DNA of 64,000 nt from Lama glama (lineage: Eukaryota), in NCBI GenBank assembly GCA_028534125.1, contig CM052816.1:81842001-81906000 (forward strand). The letters run 5' to 3'. This document shows positions 12,880 to 24,325 of this stretch, one piece after another. The position numbers and the translations under genes are program-made. Numbering within the stretch: position 1 is the stretch's first letter; every line of letters starts with the position of its first letter. The notes below the pieces were generated by a model. The model searched no databases, had not been told where the DNA came from, and saw only the letters and a list, made by a program, of their open reading frames with translations.

Positions 12880-13800
12880 CTGGAGTGGCTGAGGGTTGCC
12901 AGAGGGAGACGGTCGGTAGACCGTGGGGCTCCCAAGCTCAGAGGAGAGTAGGAGCTAAAAGTGCAAATTTTGGAGGGATCGGTACTGAGGTGATGGCTGA
13001 AACTGCCCAGAGGGGAAACAAGAACACCATTGTTCAAAAGGTCACCACCAAACAAAGTAAAAGGGAATAAACGTTGCTGCAAGAACAAAGCCCCCCATGG
13101 AGAGGAGCTCAGAGAGGAGACGAAGACTAGGCCTCAGCTGAAGAGGCGGGAAGAAGTCCCGGAGAGACATGGTGGCAGAGAAGCCAGAGAGCAGTGCTGC
13201 AGGACGGAGGAACCGCTCGGCGGGTCGACTGGAGTAAGTATGGAAATGTTTCCATTGGGTTTGGATGTCGAGGCCTCCTGTGGTCACGACAGGGGAATTT
13301 CAGCAGAGGACTGGGAATGGAAATCAGACTGCACAGACCGCTGACAGATTCACGTGGTATTCAAGAAGTGAAAACAGCCAATGCAGACCAAGTCTTCAGG
13401 TAATTTGGTTGTTAAGAGTGTAAAGGCAGAGGGGACTTCATTAAAGAGGGGGATGGCTTGCACATGGTGGAGAGGGATGGCTTATAAGCTGGGGGAGGTT
13501 AAAGACAGAGGGGAAAGAGTGTGCTGGTTACGTATGATCGTTACACTGAATCTGGGGGAACTGTTCGATCAAAGGAGGGAAGTTCTCAGACACAGGAAAG
13601 GAAGGCTGCAGGCGGGATGTGGAAATAGTTCGTAAGTGTGGAAGCAACATGAAGGGAGTTTCCACTGATTCTCTCTCTGAAGACAACTTTAAGGTCCCCA
13701 GCCTGGAGGGAGCGGGGGAAGGAGAAGGTCACGGGTAGGGGTTAGAGGGAGGGGAAGAGTCAGAGCAGACAGTGCAGGGAACGGCAGGGAAAGGTCCTGG
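12880..13800 (-). mobile_element. L2 internal fragment
   Basis: ccattgggtttgg...atttcagcagaggactgggaatggaaatcagactgca...gaagtgaaaacagc..gcagaccaagtcttcag is antisense L2 ORF2. Confidence 0.65.
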
Positions 13801-14099
13801 GGACCCTGCGGAGAGACTGTGCACCTGTCCCTCAGCCTACATGGCTGATGAGTCTAGAGGCTGTTACTCAGCATGTGCATCAACCCAAACAGACGGTGGG
13901 GTTTTTCTCTTTCACAGAAAGACTCAGCCACTGGGACAGAGGCAGAAAATGCAGGTGGTTGAACTTATTTGGTGCAGGCATGTTGGTCAGTGGGGACAGG
14001 AAAAGGAAAGGAGAGTGAGTGTTTAGCATGTTGGCGAAGGAATGGAGGAAGTGATGGTCCACAGGGGCATGGGCTGGAAGAAGGACTTGGAAGGCAGCC

Positions 14100-14860
14100 A
14101 TCACCTTTACTGCACATCTCTCTCATCTCAGACCATGGCCTCTGGATCTGTTACTTCACACCATGTGCTTCCCAGAGCAGCACACAACGGTCTAGATGTG
14201 TGGGACTAGTGCAGAGGGTCAGCACTGTTTCTGGGATCCTCTCACATCTGGGATTTACACTTACTTAACAGTCACATCACAGGGTTGATGCACACTGATC
14301 ATACAGTCAGATGAACTTCCTAAATCTTCTAGACAAAGGCTGTGGTTACAGCAGGTTCCCAACTGTCCTGTAAAAAATGCAGTTGGTTTTTCAGACATAA
14401 GTGAAGGACCTTCGCTTGAGCCCTTGGCTGATCTTGCAAGACGTGGCCTACCCTGTAAGTCAGCTTAGATTCCGGTTCTGGCGTCAAGTAAGGTCACTAT
14501 GCTTCCCAGATCTGGGTCGTAAGCAAATGGGATAAACCTGCCATCCACATCTTTATTCAAGTCATTGATAAAAATGTTGAACAGGAGCAGGATAAATCCA
14601 ATGGCTGAACTGTGTCTGACCCTCACTGCAGAACCCTTTCTCTGGATGGACGCTAATCCATCAATCTCTTTGCCCGAGAACTTAGCCAGTCAGCTACAAA
14701 TCACCACATTCTGCTACTGTCTACTCCACGTTTCTCCATCTTGCCCACAAAACTATCACAAGGGACCATCCCAACACCTTGCTGAAAAATCCAGATACGT
14801 TATGTCAACAGCTTTCCTATGATGTACTAGTCTAGTGACTTTATCCCCACTGGATAAACA
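14100..14860 (-). mobile_element. L3/CR1 LINE, RT-coding fossil
   Basis: Minus-strand translation gives KAVDITYLDFS (~14815-14783) and LLLFNIFINDLNKDVDGRFIPFAYDPDLGS (14590-14501), equivalent to CR1 RT motifs VDxxYLDFSKAFD and LFNIFINDL..FADDTKLG. Confidence 0.85.
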
Positions 14861-15479
14861 CACAATGTGCTTTTCTTTGCTGTGTCTTATACACCTACAA
14901 CCAGATGGAAGTTGGTTTATGACATTTTATAGCTTTAGAACATTTCCTGTCTCACCATGACATCACTTTTCCCCAAAGGTGTTAAGACCTTAGTGTCTAA
15001 ACCTTCCTCCTGCCCTGGTCTGTCAGGTTAACTTGATCCCCCAGGCTGCCAATGTGAAGGGCGTTAGCCTGATAATGAGACTATAATAGAAAAGCCACTA
15101 TTTCACACAGAGGGAGGGAGCCCTATAAGGTGCCCCCCCTTTGCCCGGTCGCGGAGCTTCCTCCCAGCCACCCTAAAGGGCAGTTTAAATTTATTTCCTT
15201 GACTCTGACTTTGAAAATAACAACAAATGTGACTACATCTTAGCTTTCTTGAGTGTCATTTTCAAACAAGATACTGAAATCCTAGGATTTTAAATCTTAC
15301 GAGCTATGTATTTAGATGCTTTAAAAAAAAAAACATAAGATGAGAAAGAAATACACCAACAATAACCCAGAGTAAAAACTGCCAGGGTGTTTATGAAGTG
15401 TACAGTCCCTAATTATGCAAAGAGTGACACCCTTTCCCCTCGGTAACCCTCCTTAGAAGCTGCCAATACATTAAACAAG

Positions 15480-15835
15480 AATAGTTTAGCCAATCCATCA
15501 ACATCGGTTTACAGCCTGCTGCTGGGGACACAAAGAGGTGAGAGATATGGCCATGAGCCCTGGGAGAGTTTGCAGTCTAGTCTGGGAGGGGCTGAAAACA
15601 AAGAAAGACACTTTGACTGAAAGGTTCACCAACCAAGGCAGAATGTGCTGGATGCCAGGAGAAAGTGTGCCAGACGTTCTGGGAGAGGCTGCCAGCTGGA
15701 GGGTAGGGAGAAGCACTCTTCAGGGAGAATGAGACTTCCGCTGGGTCTTAAGTGATGGACAGAACTTAGGCAAGGGGTGGAGGGGCATTCTGGGTGGGGT
15801 GTGTGAAATAAATGTGTATAGCCCATGCAGATGAA
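15480..15835 (-). mobile_element. L2 fragment
   Basis: acatcggtttacagcctgctgctggggacaca...gagtttgcagtctagt...gggtcttaagtgatgg. Confidence 0.6.
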
Positions 15836-15877
15836 AGAATTTAAGCCAGATCCAAACACCCTCTCACTTTTCAAATA

Positions 15878-16171
15878 CAGTTGTAGGGGCACTGGTTCCA
15901 GGACCCCCACGGGTACCAAAACCGGAGGATGCTCGAGTCCCTTGTATAAAACGGCACAGTATTGCATGTAACCCATACACATCCTTCCTTATACTTTAAA
16001 TCATCTCCAGATTACTTATAATGCCTAATACAATGTAAATGGTTGTAAATACTGGCAAATTCAAGTGTTGCTTTTTGGAACTTTCTGGAATTCTTTCTCC
16101 CAAATATTTTCCATCAGCGGTTGGTCTGCAGATGCGGAACCACTGATAACACAGATAGTGAGGGTTGACGG
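15878..16171. mobile_element. MER2-family (Tc-Mariner/Tigger) DNA transposon
   Basis: TA|CAGTTG..ggttccaggaccccc..ccaaaaccggaggatgctcgagtccct..tactttaaatcatctccagattacttataatgcctaatacaatgtaaatg..gatgcggaacc..gagggttgacgg. Confidence 0.9.
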
Positions 16172-16589
16172 CATACAGAGAAAAAAGCCTGCTGCTCAAC
16201 GGGAAAATTCACAATGAAAACCCTCTCTGCAATAGGGAATCTGTGCCTCCCAAAGTTCAACCAAGGTCGGTCAGGCAGGGATGAATGTCCACTATATTCA
16301 CTCCAACACAATGCTCCAATGAAAACCCTAATATGCTATCACACACAGCACCAATTTCAATAAAATCATCCCCTGAAATTTAAGTTTTGAAACTAATGGA
16401 TTTTCTAAGAATGCAACAACATATGCCACAGAGGAAAAATCCTGAGTTAAAAAAACAAGTAGTAGTTTGCAACCCTGGCTTCACATTAGAGGTAGCTGGG
16501 GATGTTCAGAAAATACCAATGCTTGTGCCTGTCCTACCAATTACAGCACAACCCCTGGGAGCATCAATATTTAAATTACAAATACCAGC

Positions 16590-17830
16590 GATTCTACTTC
16601 ATTCTCTCAACAAATTGTTTCCTGCTGTTATGCCAAGCCTCGTTCTAAGGGTCAAAGATAGAAGAGTGGATCAATTAGACTCCCCCCTTCAAAAAAATAG
16701 CCTCATAAATTCTACATTGCAGTGGGGTAGAGCAGGCAGGAAAGCAAATTAAGTCAGTCAAATATATAAGTTTAAAAACTGACCCAGTGCTAAGGAGAAA
16801 ATGAAGCTGAGAAATCTCGAGCTGGAGCAGGGTGGCCCGGAAGACATCACCAAAGGTGACATTTGAATCAAAACATTTGAATCAATGAAGTAGCAACTCA
16901 GCTACCTGAAAGAAGAACCCGCCAGGCAGAGGGAATGGCAGGTGCGGCGGTCAGGAGGCAGAAGAGTGCCAGTGTGGCTGGGGCTGAGAGACAGAGCTAT
17001 AGAGACGGAGTCAGAGGACGGGAAGGGGAGGGCCTGGTAAGTGAAGTAATACGTTCGGCTTTTACTCTGAGTGTGATCCGAAGTTACTGGGAAAGACAGA
17101 AGAGAGAAGTGACACGATCTGATTTATATTTTACTAGAATCATTCTGGCTGCTCTGTTGAGAATATGCTACAGCGAGGGGAAGGGAAGAGAAGGCAATCG
17201 AGCAATTCCTAAAATAGTCCAAGTGAGAGATGAGGACAACCGGGATGAAGAGAGGCGATGAGCCACGTCAGATTCTGGGTATACACTGAAGAACTAACCA
17301 GAGACAAAGCATCTGGAAGGGGCAGGGCTGGGAATCAGGAACTGCGTTTTAGATGTTAAAGCCTGAGATGACCGTGAGCAGAGATGTCAAGGAGAAAACG
17401 CTATATGCAATCATGCTGCATGCAGGTGGTACAAGACAGAGATGTGCTGGCGTGAATTCTTGACTTACAGATGGCATTTAAAGCCATGAGAATGACTGAC
17501 ATGACGGATAGTGATCACAGAAAGAAAAGACAAGAAGTGCAAGTAATGAATCCTGGGCTCTCCAGCAGTGAGAGATCCGGGGAAGAGAAGGCAGCCAAGA
17601 AAACTGGGAAGAAATGTTGGCTGTTGGGCAAGGAGAAATGTCTGAACAGTATGATGTTCAGAGAGCCAAGGGAAGGATGCAATTCAAGGATAAAGCGGGG
17701 ATGAACTGTATGCATCAAATGCTTTGAAGGAGTGTGGAAAAGGCTCAGAGTTGGTCCTTGGATTTAGCAGCAGAGACGTCATGAGTGACCTTGACAGCGT
17801 GTGATGTACAGCAAGGTGGTGAATCACTTC
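16590..17830 (-). mobile_element. L2 (L2a-like), long fragment
   Basis: cattctctcaacaaattgttt...gacacgatctgatttatattttactagaatcattctggctgctctgttgagaata...agatggcatttaaagccatgagaatg. Confidence 0.85.
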
Positions 17831-20261
17831 TCTAGGAGGTCATGTTCTTGGACATGGCTTAAAACATATTGAATATCTGTCTTCCCTAATAGGATCTAAA
17901 CATCTAGCACATAGGAGATCTCTATCCAATTTACTGAAGAAATGATTGGGGCTGTACCACTGTATTGTTCATGAAATTATGTAAAATGATCAGTGTGTAA
18001 AGTAGAAATCTTCCCACTTGGAAAAATACTGTTGATGGAAAGATAACTCTTAAGACTCTTGTATCAGAAGACACATCTTCCTATGCATCCTAAATTATAA
18101 CTAGCACTGTTTCAGACTTCCCAGCTGCCCCAATAGATTATAAGTTTCTGAAGGGCAGGACCACTTCAGACTTCAGGGATTTTCATGGGCTAGCTGTAGA
18201 TATGACCTGAAGTATGTAGTCCAGGTTCTTCTCCCCTCAGACATGCTGGTCTGATACTGGTTTCATTCATTAAAAAAAAAAAACAACTTTTATAAAGGAT
18301 CTTCGGTGGTCCAGGCACTGCACTGGGTGCTTGAGTCATAGCATCAAACAGGACGTGGTTTCTGCCTGGAAGAACCTTCCAGTCTAGTGTTTCCAGCCCA
18401 CAGCTGGCATCAACTCAAGAAGTGGCTCTGGCTTCACATTAGACAGCAGTAGACATTCCTAACCAAAGCCACAGGTGATGGAACACAACGTGACACCGCC
18501 CTGATTCACCCAGGCCTAGATACAGATCTATCAGCAAATATGCCAAGAGGGTCCTTAGCCAGTTCCAAGTCTCCCACAAAAGCAGAGTTCAGGAGGCTTA
18601 CAATGTTCTTGAAGCAATGTTTTCTCTGTTGTCTCTCCCCATCTCAAAAGATAGTTAAATAATTTGATGGGATTGATAATTCAAGGCAATCTGAATTTTA
18701 TTTATTTTTATTCCCCATGCATTAAATGTGACGTGCATATATCTTTTCTGTATGTGGTACGTGCTAAATAAATATTAGTTGGTGGGGAAAAAAATTATGG
18801 TTTACAGCCGTGAAAACAAAGTACAAACTCTAGGAGAGAACTGAGCATCACTGCTAATGCTACCTCCTTCAATGTTTGTTGAGATTTCAATGGTTTTATG
18901 GGAAACTACCTACTTCCTATCTGCAGGACCACCACTGTTAGCAAAGTTTACATGCTGTGTCAAGATGAAGATAGGGAGTAATGGTTGAGAAAGGATTATG
19001 AAAAATAGTAAGTTCAACTATCCTAGCATGCAGGTTCCAGCATGGATTTTAACCAGTGGAAATCCAGAAGCACATCATGGTCCAGCAAATGAGAATGGTG
19101 GTGGGTGGCGATATTCCACCTGAGAACAGCACACGCAATTCCACCTGGGCTCCCTAGTGACTACCCACCTGCCTGTTAGCAGAAACAATGAGCAGCTCTC
19201 CTTTGGCTGACGATAAAAATAAAGGAGACAGCTAATGAGTGACATTTTACATGCACAACCCTCTGGGCAAAGTTCTGGTTACCATAGCAAACCCCATTCA
19301 TGACAGCAGAGGCAAAGCGCATGACATATCAAATGGCCAGAGTTCTGCTTTCCTACAGGAAAGTAGCTATATTTGCCAGACCCCCTAATCAGCCACTATA
19401 ATACTTTCTACAAATAAAAGCCCAACACACATTTGTGGGTCTTGGCTATTCTCACAATTACTATTTGCCTGAAAGAGTGGCTTTTTGTCTGATGTTTACT
19501 TATCGGGATGCTGATGTAATTCTCAAGATGGAATTTATTTTTAAAAGGAGGTCCAAGGGCAAGGAAGAAAACAAATCGCGGCTTTCTCCTTTTCCCCAGT
19601 CTGCAACATTGGCAGAAGTTCCTTTCAGCTCCACATCTGGCAAAAGGCTATCCTTTGGCCTCTTCCATCACTGGCCCAAAGCTGGTGACACAGAAATAGA
19701 CCAGTCTTTTAGCAAGACCCAATGCAGAGGGTCTGCTATCAACCAATCTAAGAAAGGAGTCCACGTTCTCCTCCTAGGGTTCTATCAACTGGGAGGAGAT
19801 AGGGAGGCAGGAAAAAAACCAAACTACAGAAAAGTGTTGGCATGTAAGGGAAACCAAGAGGAGAAAGACCTCTGGGCTTCTTATGAATGTGAACAAATCC
19901 CTCCGTTGCATTCTCTCCGCAGAGACGATCAGGGTACAACCTGGTCATCTCTGCCATTCCTGTAAGCCTTCAAGGAAGAGGGTTTAAACCATTAAGTCTT
20001 CAGATAGATCAGAAAATGTCTTGAGACTAAATGCCCAAGTGGAGAAAAAAAGAAATGAACTTCTTAACTTCTCAAGCTTAAGCCCCAGGGCCAACTTTTC
20101 AGGGAAACAGTACACTGAGAATCTGAGTAAGTATATTTCTTCCCTGTGTTGTAACAATCTGTGTCCTGGAGTCATGAGCAGAAGAATTAATTAGTAAACT
20201 CAGAGCTCTGTGGGGACCTTCGGGACCCTGGGCACTTCCTCCTTCTCAGAGACTCTATGGA

Positions 20262-20420
20262 ATAACCGTTAAGAACACAGGCTTAGGAGACAGAGATCTG
20301 GGTTCAAATTCTTGCTCCAACTCTTAATAGATGTGCAACCTCAGGCCAGCAATTTAAACTATTTGAGCCTACTTCTCACTTGAAAGACGAGGATAACTGA
20401 GATCAGCGCCGGAAGGTGAT
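20262..20420 (+). mobile_element. MIR SINE
   Basis: gttaagaacacaggct..ctgggttcaaattcttgctcc..tgtgcaacctcaggc. Confidence 0.75.
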
Positions 20421-20429
20421 AAGTGCTCT

Positions 20430-21410
20430 ATTTGTTCAACAGCTATTCATTGGGTTCCTGCTGTATACTAGGCACTGTTGTCAGCACTGGAGCTACAGTA
20501 AACAAGACAAGGTCCCTGCTTTAATGGAGCTGGCATTCCAACAGGTGAGACAAACAATAAGCAAATGAATCACAACTTGATCTCAAATGGATCAAGAGTA
20601 CCACAATTGAACACATGGGGTGGCCATTTTAGATTATATGGTATTGGAGAAGATGGTCTATGAAGATTCGGAGGAAGAAGCTTCCAGGAACAGGTCAAGC
20701 CTTCCTCTGGGACAGAGCTTGGTATGTTCCAGAAAGGACAGTGCGCCTGGGCACAGAGAGTGAGGCCAATGAGTGGGAACAGAGGAAATCACCCAAGAGG
20801 GGCCTGAAACATATTCAAGTGGCAATGAGAAACCCCCGGGTTTAAGCTGCAGAGTGACAGGACTTGATTTGTGTTCTCAAAAGACACCTCTGGCTGCTCT
20901 GAGGAGAAAGAACTAGAGGTCATAGAGGTCAAGGGTACTCTGGGGAGGCCCAGTTAGAGGACCAGTGCAGTAGGGGTCCGGGGACAAGTGTGGCAACTTC
21001 CACCAGGCGGCTGCCATGGAGTGGGGAGAAGGAGGTGGACACCGCAGGAAGGGCCAACAGGACTTACAGGCTCACTGCTGAGGGTGAGGAAAAGAGAAGA
21101 ATAAAGGGTGGTTTCTAGGTTTGAGGAATGAGTCTTGAGGGGGATGGTGGTGCTACTGAGATGGGAGGAGGAGAAGGAAAGAGCAAGCCTGTGGGAAAAA
21201 TATCCAGGCTTCCATCTGGATGGTGCTGGGTCTCAGGCATCCATTCTGCAGCCATGTGGAGATGTCAAGTTGGCAGCGGGACAAGTAAGTCTGGAACTCA
21301 GTGAGAACCAAGACACAGACTGGGAGGCAGCATCACACTGATGGCAGAGGAGGTCTCCCCAGGAGGGAGAATAGCTGGAGAAAAGGATCCAAGGTCAAAT
21401 CCTGGGGCAA
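20430..21410 (-). mobile_element. L2 long fragment
   Basis: atttgttcaacagctattcattggg..ctaggcactgttg...aaaagacacctctggctgctctgaggaga...tggagatgtcaagttggcag. Confidence 0.85.
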
Positions 21411-21584
21411 CATCATTCAACAATGAATATTAGTTGATGTTGGTACAATTTTTCAGTAGACTGAAACAGGAGAGTGTTGGCCAGTAACTGTTACCAGCAT
21501 CTTTTTATCCATCTCTCTACCCACCCATCCTGCCATCCATTCATACCACAGTCAGAGCACATTTACGAGAGGTAGTAGGGACTA

Positions 21585-22205
21585 CAGATGGTCCCTGACT
21601 TACAAAGTTTCGACTTAATGGTTTGCCAACTTCACCATGGTACCAAAGTGATACACGCTCAGTAGAAACTATCCTTCTAATTTTCTTTTCTCATTTTGAA
21701 TTAGTTCTGCTTTATTAACTGTTTGTAAGGATCAGAACTTATAAACAGCAATTTACTTAACAAGTCAAGTTGAGAACCTGCACTGAATTTTGGATTTTGA
21801 TCTTTTCCTGGGCTAGCGATAGGCAGTTACGATGCATTGTCTTCAGAGCCTGGGCAGCAGTGGTGAGCTGCACCTCCAGTCAGGTCCACCATCATGGGGG
21901 TAAACAACCCTACGCTTACAACCTCTCTGCACCCACACAATCACTCTGTTTTTCATTTTCAGTACAGTATTCAGTACGCTACATGAGATGTTAACACGTT
22001 TTAACAAAATAGGCTTTGTGTTGGATGATTCTGCCTGATGTAAGCGTTCTGAGCACATTTGAGGTAGGCTAGGCTAAGCTGTGAGGTTCGGTAGGTTGGG
22101 TGTATTAAATGCATTTTTGATTTAGGATATTTGCAATTTACGGTGAATATTATTATGATGGGTTTATTGTAATTGGTAACCACACTGCAAGTCGAGGAAG
22201 ATCTG
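21585..22205 (-). mobile_element. MER47/Tigger5-family DNA transposon (with internal ~100-nt insertion)
   Basis: TA|CAGATGGTCCCTGACTTAC ... GCAAGTCGAGGAAGATCTG TIRs, and the internal motif ggtaggctaggctaagctgtgaggttcggtaggttgggtgtattaaatgcatttt. Confidence 0.88.
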
Positions 22206-22880
22206 CAGTTCAAGGACACGAGCTCTGGAGCCAGGCTGCTCCACTTAAATCCCAGTTCCACAACCCCCTGTAACCTTGGAGAATTTGCTTAAACACGATG
22301 CATCCCCATCGCTCCATCTGCAAAAAGGTATATACTGGGTTAAACAGTGGCTTCGAAATAGATACGTTCACATCCTGGTACCTGTGAAGATCACCTTATT
22401 TGCGGATGTAATGAAATTAAGGATCTTGAGATGAGATCATCCTGAATTATCCGGGTGGCCCGAAATCCAATGACAATGTCCTTAGAACACACACACGGAA
22501 TAGAGACTTGCAGACATAAGAGAAGACATGAGCACACAGAAGAGGCTGTGATGTGGAGACAGAGATGGGAGTGAAACTGCCACAGGAGTGGTGACAGTCA
22601 CCAGGCAGCTGGAAGAGGCAAGGAAGGCTTCTTCCCAAGAGACTCCAGAGAGAGCAGGGCCCCGCTGACACCCAGTTTCAGACTTCTCACCTCCAGAACC
22701 ATGAGAGAATAAATTTTGTTCTAAGCCACCAAGTTTGTCATCATTTCTCACAGCAGCCATGCTGCTGGAAACAAACACAGGGGTCATAACAGCATGGACC
22801 TCACTGGAGGGTGATGAGAATTCAATGAGTTAATATGGGTGAAGTATCTAGAACAGTGCCTGCCAAATAGGGAGCATTGG
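22206..22880 (+). mobile_element. MIR interrupted by MLT1 LTR
   Basis: MIR 5' half 22206-22330 (gagctctggagccaggctgc..ctccatctgcaaaa) resumes at ~22780 (ataacagc..gagaattcaatgagttaat..tagaacagtgcctgcc). Confidence 0.8.
22331..22779 (+). mobile_element. MLT1B/C solo LTR
   Basis: gatgtaatgaaattaaggatcttgagatgagatcatcctgaattatccgggtggccc...cctccagaaccatgagagaataaattttgttctaagccacc...ggaaacaaacaca. Confidence 0.88.
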
Positions 22881-24283
22881 ACCTGTTTTCATTTTTACCC
22901 CCAGCCTGAACACTGCTGGGCCCTGAAGAGTTGGGGGAAATGGCTGGTCAGCTTCAGAGACCCGCAAGAGAAAGACAGTGCCCAGGGCGCTGAGCAGGTG
23001 AGGGACCGGAGGGTGGGACTGGTGCTCAGGTGCCATGTGTGATCCCAGGTACCAGACACTGCTGAGCGCTGCTCCCCAGGGTCAGCAGTAAAGAAGTCCA
23101 TACGCCTCACATCTGCTCAGATTTTCAAAGACGAGTAGGCAGTCCAGCGAGGGGTTAATGCAGTCCTTTCTGGTACCTTCCTGCCCTCGCGCCATCCCAC
23201 CGCCTGCTCTCTCATGAGAACCCATGCTGATGAGGACACTCGGAGCACATTTTCTGGGGACAGCTGTCTCTTCTTTTAGCCTAATGATGCTGGGAATAAC
23301 GGTGACCAGGATGGGGTAGGGGCGGAGAGTTGGCAGTGGAAAACTGTGGAGGAAAGCGATGTCACATGTGTACGCTGAGTGATTTTTGTAATAATATTTG
23401 CATGGCTGCTTTAGCCTTAGAAGGTAATTTTCTTCACCAAGAGACCCATAGAGCTCGCTCCAGTTTTACCTAAATCTCTCTAAAATACACTGTGCCCAAA
23501 AGGTGGTGGGGGTGGGGAATGCAACTGAAACACAGCTTAAATCAGACATTCGATAAATGTCTATTGGCCAACACAGAAAGCCATCAAGTTTACTGACATC
23601 TTGCTTTATTAATATTGGCTCCATTCTCATCTTCATCCGCGGAAGAAATGTTCAAACATTAGAAGAGACTCTGCGATTATATTTGATCACCTGTGTGCAA
23701 ATATAAATAGTGTCTGAACCACTTCATATTCTTCAGGGGTGAGGGCATTGCTGGGGTTTCAAACTTGTTTACACCAACCCAAGAGAGCACGGCTAACAGA
23801 GAGAGGGGCTTGTAGAATACTGAAATTCTAATACCATCCCAGGATGCACAAACAGGACAGGTAAGTTCACACTAGAAGCCATCTGCAGAGCGCTGGCCTC
23901 TAGTGAAAGGGACAAAAGAGCCAGTGTTCAGTCCATCTTCCCCGACCAGGTACCCCAAGATCTCGTTAGGAGCGATGGTAGCCAGACAGGGCCCCAGGGG
24001 AGCAAGTCTCCCAAGCTCTGCCTCCCCTCCCACTACCTTCCTCGAATGCCCGGAGGCCTCCCCCATGAGGCAGCCTAGTCCCCGCCACCTTCTACTGAGA
24101 ACATCATGATCCAAAATCACCCTCTCTCCCAGCCTCCTCCCAGCACAACTTGTATTCCCTCAGTGGGCAGGTCTCGGCTGGGATTCCACAGCACTGAGGT
24201 ATAGTAGGAAACCCACTCTGCACTGCATCCGTGCATATTGATTTTTAGCAAAGCAGGATGATCACCCTTCAGAGGCCAGGACG

Positions 24284-24288
<5 letters not shown>

Positions 24289-24321
<33 letters not shown>

Positions 24322-24325
24322 TGTG
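24289..24325. repeat. (GT)n microsatellite
   Basis: About 15 perfect GT units, then an interrupted extension. Confidence 0.95.
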
